Positions 12,116 through 26,389 of a stretch of 64,000 nucleotides of DNA are shown here, piece after piece. Positions within the stretch are counted from its first letter, which is position 1, and each line of letters begins with the position of its first letter. The position numbers and the translations under genes were made by a program. The DNA comes from Spizellomyces punctatus DAOM BR117 (Eukaryota): assembly GCA_000182565.2 (NCBI GenBank), contig KQ257465.1, one strand, 5' to 3'. The notes under the pieces are model-generated. The model saw nothing but the letters and a program-made list of their open reading frames with translations. It ran no database searches and had not been told where the DNA came from.

Positions 12116-14950
12116 ATGTCCACAAATACGTTGGCGGATACGGAAATTGTGCGGGACGGGGAACTGACCAAAGAACTGCCACCTGACAATCTGAACGAGA
12201 AACCTCATAAACATGAAAGTGTTTTCGAGGGTGTCGAGGATTCACGTAGGTTGATAGGAAAACATTGGGTATTATGGTATGCTGATTTGTTGCTCGCGTT
12301 AGCGATCGAGGAGGTACGAGCTGCGGTTCCTCCGACAGACAACCCGGAGCTTCCAACAAACACCTTTCGAGCATGGTTTCTCGGCATCTTCTTCACTGTT
12401 ATATTATCGTTCACCAACCAGGTAAGGGCGTCGGCTTCGTATGTCAATTGAAATCTACTTGGCATTTGCTAACGCTGTTTCGTTATCGCAGTTCTTTTGG
12501 TTCCGAGACAATCCACTAACAATCAAAATCCTTGTTGCCCAACTCATCTCCTTCTTTTTCGGAAAATTCATGGCGAAAATCCTACCCGCCGTCACCATTC
12601 CCATCCCATTCACATCCAAAGGAATCAATCTCAACCCAGGGCCTTTCAATGTCAAAGAGCATGTTTTGATCACCGTTATGGCGAATACGGCAGCCACTAG
12701 TTTTGATGCCATTGACATTATTGTGATTCAAAAGTTGTACTATAATGTGGTAGGTGATCCTCTTATTTTGGACGGCCTAATTGAGGACCGTTGGATTGAA
12801 TCTTGCCATTTTTTATAGGATTGGGGATACTTGGGCGGGCTTCTTCTTGTACTGTCGTCGCAAACGATTGGATACGGCTTTGCTGGACTGTTGCAACGGT
12901 TCCTGGTTCGTCCGGCTACCATGGTATGGCCCGAAAACCTTGTCAACGCTAGCTTGTAAGTAGTCAGACGGTCCTGCATTTTAAGCGTCTCGCTGGAAAC
13001 CAACATTCCCTTTATCAACAGGTTCCACACCATGCATCGACAACGAGACGCAGAAAGCCGAGTGTCAAGCAGAGGACGAAGTCGAGGAAATTACTTTCTC
13101 CTCGTCTTTATGGTGTCCTTTATCTATTACTGGTTCCCGGGGTACATTGCCCCTATTTTGACCTCCATTTCATGGCTGTGCTGGGTAAAGAAGGACTCTA
13201 TTGTTGTTTCGCAGTTGGGAAGTGGGTTGAGCGGTTTAGGGTAAATTTGGGTTCTCCTTCGTTCTTGTCAATGGTATGCGTCTCATTAGTTTGTCGTAAC
13301 AGGTATGGAGCATTCACGCTGGATTGGTCTACCATGGGCGCATGGATGCCATCGCCATTGGCTGTACCGTGGTATATCATCGCCAATCTCTTTGCTGGAT
13401 TCCTCTTCTTCATCTGGATCCTGGTACCCGCTGTCTACTACACCGACGCCTTTGAGGCGAAAAAGTTTCCAATGTACAATACTCGCCAATATGACATCTA
13501 TGGGTCAAAGTTCAACCTCTCGAGGGTTATTGAGAACAATGTATTGAATTCAACTGCCTATGAGGTAGGGTTTGCGTCGAGCGGAATTGCGGTAGTTACT
13601 CTGATCATTCTGACATTGGTTTTAAATTCCACAGGAATATAGTCCGATTCGGATTACTGCGTTCTTTGCCATTTGCTATGGCCAAGGATTGGCGGCTCTG
13701 GGTGCCATCATTGCTCACACAGCATTGTATCACGGACAGGATATATACAAACGTCTTCGATCTGCCAAACAGGCTGATGACGGTAAGAGCGCTGGATTGC
13801 GCCATTTTTCATATAAGGCCTATTGCTAATATGTTCAAGACAGACATCCACGCTAAGCTAATGGACCGATACCCCGAAATTCCCGGCTTTTGGTACCTCA
13901 TCATCTTTGTCATCGCATTAATTCTCTCTATCGTTACGATTACCGCATACCCGAGCGACATGCCTTGGTGGACGCTCTTTATTGCGCTGATCCTTGCCGG
14001 GGCATGGATGATTCCAACGGGTATTTTGACGGCCATAACCGCGCAAGCACCGTCGATTTCAATGATCACCGAATGGGTGTTTGGGGTGATCAGACCGGGG
14101 CATCCGATTGGCAACATCATGTTCAAGACTTACGGCTACATTACCGTGAAGCAAGCGTTGCTGTTTTCCAAGGATATGAAGCTGGGGCATTACATGAAAA
14201 TGTGGGTTACCGTCCCTTTTAAACCTGACATGTAACGCCGTTCTCATCTTTTCCTTTCACAAAAGTCCACCCCGAGACATGTTCAACTTTCAGATCGTAG
14301 GCACAGTCATTGGGTGTCTCGTATCTCTCTCCACCACCCACTACCTCTTGAATAATATTGACAACATCTGTACGGACGAAGCCTACCCATGGACGTGCCC
14401 AAATGCTGGGCTTTTCGGAGCATCGAGTGTGGTATGGGGTGTCGTCGGCCCAAACCGGTTCTTTGAGCCAGGAACATTGTATAATCCAATCGCGTGGTTT
14501 TTCTTGGCCGGGTTCTTGTTGCCGCTGCCGGTTTGGTTGGCATACAAGCGGTGGCCAAACAGTTGGCTGAAATATGGTAAGTCGGTGAATTCTGTACGGT
14601 GCGTGAGTTGGAACATATAATAACGTATCAAAACAGTCAATGTCAGCGCAATGATGTTGGGTGCCGGACCCTACCCTCCCGCCCCGACCAATGTCCTCCC
14701 AACATGGACTGTTATCGGCTTCATATTCAACTTTTACATCAAGCGTCGACATAACCGGTGGTGGGTAAAGTACAATTATATCACCTCTGCTGCATTGGAT
14801 GCAGGTGTAGCGGTCTGTGCAGTGGTCATGTTCTTTGCGCTACAGAACAATGATGTCCACTTTCCGGCTTGGTGGGGGAATGATAAGGCGAGCATTGACC
14901 AATGTCCTTTGGCCAAAGTGAATTCCACTGGTATCAACGTATATGGATGA
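12116..14950 (+). CDS. OPT family oligopeptide transporter
   Basis: Spliced DS|PIEEVRAAVPPTDNP...TFRAWFLG, NPGPFNVKEHVLITVMAN, KLGHYMK.PPR and YITSAALDAG are OPT signature motifs. Many introns. Confidence 0.95.
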
Positions 14951-15691
14951 CCTTTACCATAGTTTTACGTAGATATTTAGATTTAGGTTGCTGTAGCTGG
15001 AAACCACTTGTACAAAAAAGAAGAATAAACAAAAGAATCCAAGGTAGATGGAAAACCCCCTCCAACGATCCTGCTGACTCCATCTCCGACAGCACGTGAC
15101 CCATTTGACGTTGAATGACTCCACCTCCCAAATTACTATAAATAGTAAAATTATAATGGCACAGTCACTCGCTAATTTTAGCCGGAAGGGGGAGGAAAGA
15201 GATGGTCGATGGGCGGGGGAGGCGAGGGAAAAGGTGTGAAAGGGCTTACGATAACACTCGGCTGTCGGCTGTTCGTCCTTTGGAAGTGTCGGCGACATTT
15301 GGGTTTAACTTTTCGCTTGCTGCTGCTTGCTAGCATCGCTTGTCTTAGCAAAGGAGTGTTCACGGCCGACCAACACCGATACGTGGACGATAAGAGATAT
15401 TGGGGACAACTAGGGTTGCATAGCACACTTTCTCCATCTCGGTTTCATTACTCTTTTCGTTTAACGAAACACACCGCTTGCAAACTGTCTTCACCGCACA
15501 AGCCCTCCCCGTGGGAAGCAAGGTTAAGGGAGCCAAAGCGCAGACCCATCAGTTCGCATTCTCCGTCATTCTCTCCTTCTCGGAGCAGGTTCCACAAAGG
15601 AGGTGAGTTTTGGTGGCGACTGCGGGACTCTGTTTTTTCGAACGTTGTCTGTTAAACTAGGTTATCTTGGGTGTTTGTAGATGAGAACAGA

Positions 15692-18600
15692 ATGGTAGAA
15701 CCCTCGTCATGTGCCTTTGGAAAGTCGGACACCGATTCCAACATCATGCCCTCACTCACGAACTCTCTTTCCTCGGCGTTTGTGCTAAAGCCGTTCCCGG
15801 CGGCGTCGAAAACCGTTCTCACTTATCAGCACTTTCGGGTGGAAATGCATTCTGACGATGCCAAGGATAAGGTCTTTCTTGCCATCGTTAAAGCACTTTT
15901 GCGACAGGGGAACAGGCCGTGTACGCCGAAGGAACTTAGCAATCTTATTTTACGCCACAAACTGACGACTTTGGGGTATAGATTGTTATTGGGAGTGGTT
16001 TTGCTAAAGTATCTCAATTAACCATTCCTTGTAAACTTGCAGTGGTGCAACACCATACGCAACCGTCTCCTCCCGAATATCGCAACATTTCAAAAGAGCA
16101 ACGGAGCTGTCTCGACCGCCTTTACTTGGGAGACGATCGCTGGATGAACGAAACTCTCGACGGCTTGTGTATTATGTCGACCAAGTCGGCGTCCCTGTCA
16201 AGCCGCTGGACGAACTAGCACACTCAGAGTCAGACGAATCGATGGATGTTGGGGATCATTTGAGTGATAGCTTTGTGTCGTCTCTTGCGTCGTCTCCTGT
16301 CTTAGCGCCCGGATCCATCGATATATTATCCGGCGCTCATGGGGATACGGGCATATCGAGTAGTCTCAAAGAAGGTGCCGGTGGAGGAGCGGACGGACCC
16401 GCGACGCCTTTGCGTGTATCAACAAGAGTGAAGCGCCGAAGAAGTCCATATTCACCACCAGATGACCAGCAGAGCAAACGCAGCCGGAGCGCTAGCTTGG
16501 CATCTGCTGTGACACCGATAGTGTCCCCTTCGTCAGGGACTGGGACGGACGATATGGATAAGCCTGTAATCCTGGTGGAGGACGTAGAATTGGTCGATCT
16601 GAGCACCCCTGCCGCCTCTAGACGATCATCCGTCGTAGATGCTTCTGTACCAGAGGTAGGTGCGAATATCGAGCCTGATTCAATAAAGAACGAAGATCCC
16701 ACGACCGACTCCGAGCAGGATTTTCACGAGGATATGATGAAGGTAGACGGAGAATACGGCTCAGGTCGCTCTTATCAGCCTGCACGCTTGATTCCATCGA
16801 CTCCTTCTACATATCGACAACGGGTATCGAGCGACGAGTTCCTCTTGAAGCCTATAACTTCCCCCCAAATACCCTCGTTTCAGTCCTCTCTTCCATCAAA
16901 ATTGTCCCCCTCTCGTCCACATTTGGGGTTTGAGCCAGCCGACCATACAATCCCATCACCCTTTTTCGATCCGGAGGTCGACCCACTAGGGGTTGAAGCA
17001 CATGAATCGAGAGCAGGACCTAAAGCCGAAAACTATTCTGATTTGCGTATGTTTGATGTGGGTATCCACGAAGAGTTGGACTATCACGAATTCCATCATC
17101 CGGAAGACATGAGCGTATCTGAGCTGGATTTGTTGTTGAGAGAGGATGAGGGCAGTTGGGGAGTACTTGGTGGGGTCACACCTGGGCAGTCGCCGAGAAA
17201 GCGTCCTGCGGAAAGCCTGGCACCAACACCAACGCGGATGAGAGACTCCGTGGTCACTCAGCGTCAGGACGCTGGTAGTGAATCGGTACAAGTCGCAAAA
17301 AAGAGGAAAGTACAGCCTGCATGCGAAGGGTCTGTGAACGACACTGGGTTGAAAAACGATAAGAGCGGAGAAGGAGATGGTGATGCATCAGGACAGTCAA
17401 CCAAGAGGCCACCTGTGACTGCAGAGTCACACGCCTCTACATCTGTATCTCAGCAGTCCGCATCAACCATCCCGGAAAACAAACAGGACTCTTCGCCTCG
17501 GCAAAATTCAACTGAGCAGTCTCGATCAGACAATGTGGAAGATGCAGCCACAGATCACCTAAGTACAACCATCTGCAACCAGGCGGTTAGCCATACACCT
17601 TCACCACCACGCACTCCTCGGAACGACACTCCGTCTGACCACAGCCTGCCAAGCCGATCTCATTCAGCGCTGTCTGTTGCATCCTACCGATGTAACGGCG
17701 ATACCCTAGAACTATACGAGAAAGCCCATGATCCCATTAGCACCCGGGTGAGCAAAATCAAATCAGCACCGCGAATGGAGCTAGTCCTACGAACTCTACA
17801 TGTTGACTCGTTGGGACGAGCAATTTTGAAACCTCCGAGTGACAATGAACCGGATCGAAAGGTTGGGATACGTATGAGGGGATATGTCCGAGCTAGGGAG
17901 TTATTTGAAGTCGCCCCTTCTCAGGATGTTTCAGTTCCAACTTCGCCAGAGGTCAAAGTCGAAGACGAGGATGGAGAAGATATTGACATGGAGGACGAGT
18001 CTGTGTGGGTTGCCTATACTGAAGAAGTGCGTCGGCGGGCCGTTGGGCCACGAACGGGGGATGAGAGTGCGGTTGTGAGGATTGTGGGTGAGAATGCGCC
18101 GGGGTCTGAGACTGGACATGTTCTCGTTGTCCTGAAAGGATCGGACGTCGAAGGGGATGGTTTGGTACCTGTGGAATGTGGAGGAGTATGGTAATGATTT
18201 TATTCACGCTGTATTGCTGTCAGAACGAAGGCGACTCACAGCTCTACTTACTTTACAGGATACCTACATCGGAGGCTCGGCGACTGGCTACTAAACTTGG
18301 CGTGTCAGCACAATTCAACGAACTGCTGGACATGGGAGACGAAAGCAATAATGGAGAAATCGAAGTTCTTCCATCATTCTCCACATTAACATCTCCAAAG
18401 CTCCCGCCTCTACCATCAACTCCTACGCGCCCATCTGCTCGAAGTCTCCCTTCTCCCGCGTCAACACCTATTCCTTCTGCACTATCTAGTAAAGTTCCCG
18501 ATGCAAGTCTTGGTCCGGCAATGTTAGAAGATGACATGGAAGTCGATGAAGGGCACGATTTTTTGGTGTTTGAAGGTGATGAAGAGTGGAGCCATGATGA

Positions 18601-21205
18601 GAGCAGCGCTGTGACTGGAAGCGAAGGGCCTGAATCTAATGTTGTCTCCAACGGCGCTATGGAGAAGCTACCAGTGACCATTGATCATTCAACGCTGGAG
18701 CTTATAGCGCCAGTCCAGCCTCCACCAAATTCAACGCTACCATTATACATGGCGACAATTGACGGAGTCTTAGTGTACATAACGTGGTTGACCAAGGGTT
18801 CCGACGGAAGTATCGCTCCTACTCCTGCAAGAGAGATATCGGATCCTTTGGAGAGCTCTCCCGCAGGGTCGGAGGAATCTGGTGCAGCGACGCCCCCATC
18901 AGCGCCCGCGGCGCCCACATCAGGGCCAACATCCACCCCACCACCAGTCCCCCCACCACCCGGTTCATCGTCTGCTGTTCCCTTGCTTCGTCGTGTGGAT
19001 AATAACATGGTCAACGCGACCCTCCTTTTACACGCCGGAGGTCTTGTCACCGATAAAGAGCGGAGCATAGTATTGTCACTAGAGCGAGGTCGAGCGCGAT
19101 GTCGTAAGAAGGGGAGTGGATTATATGGCACGTGGATTCCGCTCGCGCGGGCACGTCATCTCGCGAGAAGCTTTTGTCTCGAGAACCGATTGAGTTTGTT
19201 CTTGAGTGACGGATTTGGAAGAGTCGTCTTTGGCGTCGATGGTGTAAACGGTGCCAGAGGGAAGGCGAAATTGGCCAACGATGACGCGAGCGGGAGTGAG
19301 GGTACCCCCGTAGCGGCGGACGGCAGCGGTTCGTCAGTGGACGCAGGAAGTGAGGCTGGGGACTCATCATTTGTAGATGGGGCTGCGTCGAATTTGACCC
19401 CTGCAGCTGCCGCGTTGGCGGCTAGCAAAGCAGCAATGCTGGGCCTGACATCGTTACCCCCTAACGTAGTGTCTGGTTTAGCAAGCATAGGGGCCGGGGG
19501 AGGAGCGGCTGGGATAAGGGGATTGATGGCTAATAGAGGGAGAGCAAGAGGCAGGCCACCCTTGAAGCACCATCCTATTTCTGGTAGAGGTTTCATGAAT
19601 GTGGGGCGATTAGGAGCCACTCTGGGTAGCTCGCCATCTTACACTCCCAGCGGGACGGGAACCAATGTGTCTACGACCCCTACATCTTCGGCGATGGCGG
19701 CGACTCAAGCGGCGATTGCGGCGTTATCAAAGCTAGGGGGTAATGGACCTTTGACAGCAGCAACTCTTGCGAGTGCCTTGGCTGCATTGAATCAGGTCAA
19801 CCAGCAGAATATCACGGCTGGCAAAGTAACGACTCCGGGTTCCAGTCCATCAACTCCCACAAAACCGGCTTACGCCACTGGGACATCTCCAAGCCCCGCA
19901 ACAACAACAACTGCTACATCTAGTTCCACTGCACCAGCAGCATCCGGCATCCCCACACCTGCTAGCATTTTGGCAGCATTTACCAATATGCTAAAGAACG
20001 GGTTCCCTGGTGGATGGAAACCTGCAGGCGCGCCCTCGATAAATACATCCACAACGTCCACCACATCTGCACCACCGTCTTCTGCGAGCAGTTCCATCAC
20101 CTTCCCTTCGTCGTTGAAAGTTGATCCCAAACCTGGAGTTTCCTCTTCTCCTTTATCCACAACACCTGTAACTACTCAAGGCGTCGTGGCGAGAGCACTC
20201 GCCGCTGCTGGAGCAGGTCGTGGAGGAGGTTTATCTGGAACCGGATTATCCAATCCCGTATCGATCCAGACAAATGCGTTGGCAGGGCTGCCTAATTTGG
20301 GTAATCTTGGGGGAACCAGCTTTTCGCTCTTGCCGTTCACAATGCAAAACAGTGGAAATAACCTGTCGTTGGCCACATCTACGACGTCCACCTCGGCAAC
20401 ATCCTCTACTGGAATAAGTATTGGAGGCATCGACGGTCCAACTCCCGCTCTTCCTCTCTTGACCCCTCCCACTGTCCCCATCATTGCTATTGATGATATT
20501 GATGGCGGTGATGCAAACATGCCGATTGCAAGTCCTGCGGCATTGGCTGCGGCAGCTGCCGCTGCCGGTGTTACCTTACCAGTGGGTGTGGAGTATGTAG
20601 AGGAGGAAGAGGAGGAAGAAGATGAGGAGGAGGTTGAGGAGGTTACAGAGGAACAAGGCGAGGCGGAAGACGAAAACGAGGGAGAAACGGCGCAAGGGGG
20701 AGGAGGAAAAAGCCGACCTGGCGCGAAAGCAAACGGCACGACCAAAATCGAACAAGAAAACGAGTCAGATGAATCCGATGAACCCGACAATCAAGATAAC
20801 GATGCAGACGATGACGACGATGATAGTGATATTGAAATTGTTAAATCTAGCGGAGGCAAAAGCGCACCTTCTCGCTCTGGCGGCAAAATCCGACCCCGTG
20901 CCGCCGTTCCCCCTACGAGCCGTCGAGCCCCATCCACAAGTGGTAAATCCCGTGGTGGATCGACGGGCATGGCAACGCGCTCCACACGAAGCGCTAGTAC
21001 GCCCAACACAAAAGCACCACGGCGACCACCGCCAGCACCTAAAAAGGGGAGAGTAAAGAGTAAATCTAGAAGAGGGGCGACGACCATCATTAACCACTCA
21101 AATAAACACAGCACCGTTGTCAACAATGGGGATGTGGGTTCTGAGGAGGGAAGCGATTTTGAGATTGATGTGGTGGATGGAGATGGTGTGGATGACTTTC
21201 GGTGA
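15692..21205 (+). CDS. Large low-complexity nuclear protein with GDS1-type winged helix and KilA-N/APSES-like domain(s)
   Basis: DKVFLAIVKAL...NRPCTPKELSNLILRHKLTTLG|GATPYATVSSRISQHFKR resembles the GDS1 wHTH. LLRRVDNNMVNATLLLHAGG...GLYGTWIPLARARHLA is KilA-N/APSES-like. Introns 15976-16042 and 18191-18258. The start could instead be the ATG at 15746. Confidence 0.8.
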
Positions 21206-21429
21206 AAGAAAGAAGGGGGTCGCTCTGTTTTTCGTCTTGTTTATATTTGTCTTTTTTTTTGAAAGAGTGGAGAGTCGGGCTTTGTTGTAGTAGCGTCATC
21301 AGCTCCGTTCATTTTTTTTTTCTTGTGCAATATGATATATAATGTAAACTTCTGCTCTTTGGAAAAGCCCTATCCTATCATTTTACTACTTGTTTAACAT
21401 GAAAGATACTAGAATTTGCCTATACAACA

Positions 21430-24400
21430 CTACTTTCTGGCCTTTTTCAAAGCTTTTCTGATTTTATCCTTTTTCTTTTCCATCAGTCCTTTGGGGTCAA
21501 CTACACCTGTCTTGTCACCACGGACTTTGGCCGCCATTTCCGCCGCCACCGATGTTGCTGGGTCCAGTTTCCGTTTTTTGGAGGATGGGACGTTGACAAT
21601 TGTGGCTTTGGCATTTTTGGGGAGTGCGAGGTCGGTTGTTTCTGGGATGGCATACCTGTGCATAAAACTAGTCAGACGACAATGATCACAAGATGGGATT
21701 TAAACGAAAAAAAGGACATACTTGTCCATATCCAACGAGTCCAAAACTCTCCTCTGCTCCTCCTTTAATCTATCCATAACACTCTCTTCACCCTCCTCCA
21801 AGTCCTGTTGCAACGACACGGTAGTTGGATCCCATTCTTCGTCGTTGGTAATGTCTCTTTTTCCATTAGCCTGCTTTTCTTCGTGGTCCACGTCCATGTC
21901 ATTTGCATCCGTGGGCTGGGCCATTTCAGTGATGACAGTGTTTTCCACAGCAGATGTAAGAATTTGGTAGGATTTGCGGACCAGTTTGCCAAAGAGGGCC
22001 AACAACTGCGACGAAGGAAGGTCCAGCTCTTTCTCGAGGTCAGTGATGGATTTACGTTGTAGGCCTGTTGCGGCGAGGAGAGTTGCTTGGACGGGTGAGA
22101 GTTTGAGTCTTGTGTCGTCAGATGCCGCTGTTGAGGAGAGGAGACTGAGGAAGTAGGTTCGCGCGAGGGTGGGGAGGAGGTCCATGATAACGTGATAGTC
22201 GAGGAGGTTGTTCGTGTAGGATTCAAGACGCTTGAGGTCCCATGGTGAAAAATGGCGGTAAACTTCTTGGCTGTTGGTCAATGGAGGTGTGTATGGCGAT
22301 GTCGCTGATGCTCGGTCTTTGAATGCCCCCGCAGCTTCTAGGACGCTCAAAACGAGAGTCGAGGGGAAATCTCTGAACCCGAATCCAAGAAGCTCTACAA
22401 ACCGTCTACGGAAATCATATGCAAAGGCATCCAACCAGGCTTCATTGGAAATCTTGACGTCAGATCCTGATCTGTCCAACTTTTTGAGCATCACGCAAGT
22501 ATGCTCGCCAGTGAGGTCGTTTGGTGTTTGGCGGAGGTAGACAGGGGTAAATCCGGCTCGTTTCCAGAACTTGTGGAGGGGTGCCGTGATTCCATACGAC
22601 ACACCAAGCCAGTGAAGGTGTTCCCGCGGTGGGCGTTCGGACAGTTTGAGGAGAAGAGGGGGCATCGTCGCTGGATCGCGGACACGGATATCGTCCGTGG
22701 CTAGTGTATGGGATTCTAAATCATCGTCTGTAACCCGCGTGACGGACTCTGGAACTGCTGTATCGTCGCTTTCGGAGAGTGAAGCAACCTGGCCGTTGTA
22801 GTAGTCTTGCAGGAGGGCAGTGGCGCGCGCACCGTATCCCATCCCAATGTAGTCTGGATGAGTTGCAATGCGAACCACGCGGGCTCCCGAGAGGGTTGCA
22901 AAGTCGTCATCTTGGAATTGTTGTGTCACAACCCACGGGATGAGATCGCCAGAGGCGCGAACACCTTTGGCCAGCGATGAGAGCGCTGCCCCTTTGGCGA
23001 TAGAGCCTTCCAGACACACTTGAACAACGCAGAGCGGTTCTGGTAATGTGGTGGCACGGGCCTCGTCGACGGGTGGTAAGAGAACAAAAAGATGGTGCGC
23101 TGGGGCGTCGCTCATAAGCTGAAGATCGTTGGGCGTGTTTTTGTAGTGGCTCGCAACGTAGAGGGACATCATTTTCTGGAGGAAGGCTTCCGAAACGGGG
23201 TGGAAGCTGAACAATGTATCACGATTCACATAGTAGAGCTCGCACTTTGAGGGGTGCGGACAACCAGCGGGCATGCGAACTTGTTTGGTGTCGGGATTGC
23301 AACAGTCCAGGCACAATAAGCGGTTCAGCCAAGACTCTACAGGATCGCCGGCACCATACCGGATAGGCTCGTCGAGCTTGATTTCACGCAAAACTCGGTT
23401 GCCAATGACAGTAGGTGTGCTGGCTGCATTGCCAGTAGTTGACTTTCGTTCCTTTCCATCACGGCCCACGACCATACCGTTCCCAGAGGTATCACCCTTT
23501 GCTGAAGTAAACCCTCGGCTCTGCTCTCGAAGCTGGTTAAGGAGCTTGAGAGACAGGGACCGGCCAGTGCCTTCATATCCATTGATCGTCGATGCCATAA
23601 ACACCAAATAGGGGCCCAAAAGATTCTTTACTAGCGGTAGTGGAATGGCAGCCGCCTCATCAATTACCACCAACTCTGCTTGCGCTAGGACATGGTAATC
23701 CGAAGGTTGAATCCACTGAATGGTTTGCCGATGATCTCGGAAAATGTTTACCCTCACAACGGCTTTTTGGAACGCTGGGTTGGTCGATTGTACAATGTCG
23801 TAGTCCAAATGCTCTTCGTAACCCAGTGCGTCAAATCCTTTGAAGATGAATTCAAAAAGGGTTTTCAAGTTTTCGGGACTCGGGGATGTGATGAAAATGT
23901 TGGAATATCCGTACGCTACAGCTGCGGCCATCGACAGCCCCAACGCGGCAGATTTTCCGCGTCCTCGGGCAGCTGTTAGTGCAACCGTCGACCTCAAGGT
24001 TTTATCTGCTATAGCTTCTATAAAGGTTAACACAGCCTTTGCTTGGTCAACGGTCTTGGCACAGTTTACGAGAGATCCAACCGGTTGTGTGTCTTTAAGC
24101 GAGTCTTTAAGCTCTACGAGTTCTTTTTGCAAGGGGGTGAGGGTGGTTTCTTCGAGGCGGGGAAGAGGTTTCACGTTCTTGCCGGCACTGAGGGGGAGGA
24201 CATTAAGTTCATCATCTACCACCAAACAAGTTTCGCAGGCGCCGAGGGAAAGGATAAAGCGTTCGTTGAAACGAGCCACTGTGTCTTGATGTGATTCTGT
24301 ACGATATCGCGCGTGCACGTCCTAAAGTTCGGAATATCAAACATTAAGTACAAGTCATCGACACTCCCTGCCGCAGCAAATTTGAACCCACCATAGTCAT

Positions 24401-24964
24401 ACTGTACAATTGCTTCAAACTCTTCATCGTCTTCAACAATATCACAACAATACCTCCCCCTTCGACAGTCTCCACCGTTCGCGCAAGCAAATTTGGCGTC
24501 AACGCTTCAAAGTCTTGCAGCACACACATTCCATAAGTGTTTCCCAAAATCTTTTCGGTTTCTTTGTAATAGGTATACCGAATGGAAGTAGATGAAACAA
24601 ATAGCTCAAAAGGATCTTCCTCGTCCGCCTCTCGAATTCCTCTTGCAATCTGTCGTTTAATCTGGTTCATGCGCTTTTTGCGGTGGCTATAATCAAAGTA
24701 CGGCGTCATCAGCACTTTTCGCCGACTTTGTGAATTGGCATATCCAACCTACCTAGAAAAGCCCAATTCCTTTTTGTAGCACCATAATACACTCGGCCGA
24801 GCAGATACTCTCGCTTTGCTCAACAAAAAATGGAGCGTTACGACTTGATCTCGCCCTCGATCTCCAACCATAACAAAGAATGAGCGTTGGTTTCTTTGGA
24901 CATTATTTTGGATGAGAGTGGGAATACGAGAGTCTAATTTCTTTCGATGTGTATTCTGGACCAT
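21430..24964 (-). CDS. KRE33: RNA cytidine acetyltransferase Kre33/NAT10
   Basis: RKKLDSRIP, VLWCYKKELGFS, QDFEALTPNLLARTVETVEGGG, TAARGRGKSAALG, IDEAAAIP, STINGYEGTGRSL and the GNAT motif RIATHPDYIGMGYG. Three introns. Confidence 0.97.
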
Positions 24965-26389
24965 GTTCGAAATGGCGGTCCTTGTGGAAGCGATAAATGT
25001 AACAAATGCCAAAGCCCACCGTTGCAAACCGCGAACTTACATCCTGCTTCCCACAAAAAAGAATTCACGATTGCTTATGCAATGTAATCACGTGCTACTT
25101 TTCTGCCCAGAAATCAGTGTTGGCTCTCAGTGTAGGCGAAGGGCGATGTGGGAGGGCTGGCAAGTGGCCGTCGTTGCTTCATCCGAAAATGTTTACTGGA
25201 CTTGGAACGTATGCAACAAGACCATGCCATACATTCCACCAAGCTTGCTTCTTGGCAACAGCTAATGAACCGTACAGTTTGCCATGGTAGTCACACAATG
25301 TTGTCGGACATTTGAACATGTGCTTCAACCGCTGCTCAGGCAAGGGCTGCAGGGTGACAAAGCCCAGCTTCATTCCTAAGGAATAGAAACTGAAACCTCC
25401 CATCCTGATATTGGGATATGAAATGGATTTTGTTATCACTGCCCTATACTTGTTTTCGTGTGTCGTTTGCGGTGAGGCAATTTGAAAAAGATGCGCTTAT
25501 CCCGTCATTGCAAAATCCTCGCTGGTGACATCACTCCAAAGGTGCAAAATGCAAGCAATGCAAAAAACAACAACAACAAGAAGGAAGAAATGATAGAGTT
25601 TGGACATTCAAAATCGAGAGCAAAATTGTGAGTCATTTCACACTTTTGCGTTCAACGAGTGATGTCAGTTGGCGAGTTCATCTTTTGCCCTCGGCTTGAC
25701 GCTTTGTTGATCAACCCACGGGACATGAGGTCAAAGTGAACAAGAAATTGCTGCGTGTGTGTGTGTGCTGCTGTCGTACTTCTACTCGTTTTAATCGGTC
25801 ATGTCGTAGTTCTTTTTTTTCCTATAAATATCTCCATCACATAGTGATTGTCCTCCGCCTTTCATTTCCCCTTTTGCTGTTGTTGACAATCTCTCCTTTA
25901 AGCATCTTGTGCTGGTCGTTTCTCCAGCCTAGAAAGTTAAAGGGGGGCTAATTCATTGATTAGAGTCACTCTCGTGGTGATCTCCTTTTTCCGCGTCGTC
26001 ATCGCTCCATTTTCTTTATAAACAAACCCTCGCGGCCAACGTCCCCGCCTACGTTTTCTGTAAAGTACCTCATAGAAAGACAACAACCACAAAAACACAG
26101 CACGGGCTGGAGAGACAATCTCCGACGTTTCTTTTGCAACTTCAAAGGTAGGTTCTTGTCGTTCAGAACAGACGCGTCCTTGTGCGCAGCTGCTACCAGA
26201 GCAGCTTGTGTTGTGTTGTGGAGCTCAACCACAGCAGCAATGCAAGCTGTCATTGCTGGAATGGCCCGGCCCATCTTTGGAACTCACACGACCGTTCCGC
26301 CCTCCATTCTGCAGCCCTATAGTACGCGTTACATCTTTCGCTTTAGGACCCTCATCTCGAAAACGTCGCGTCCTTCCTCATAGTCGACC

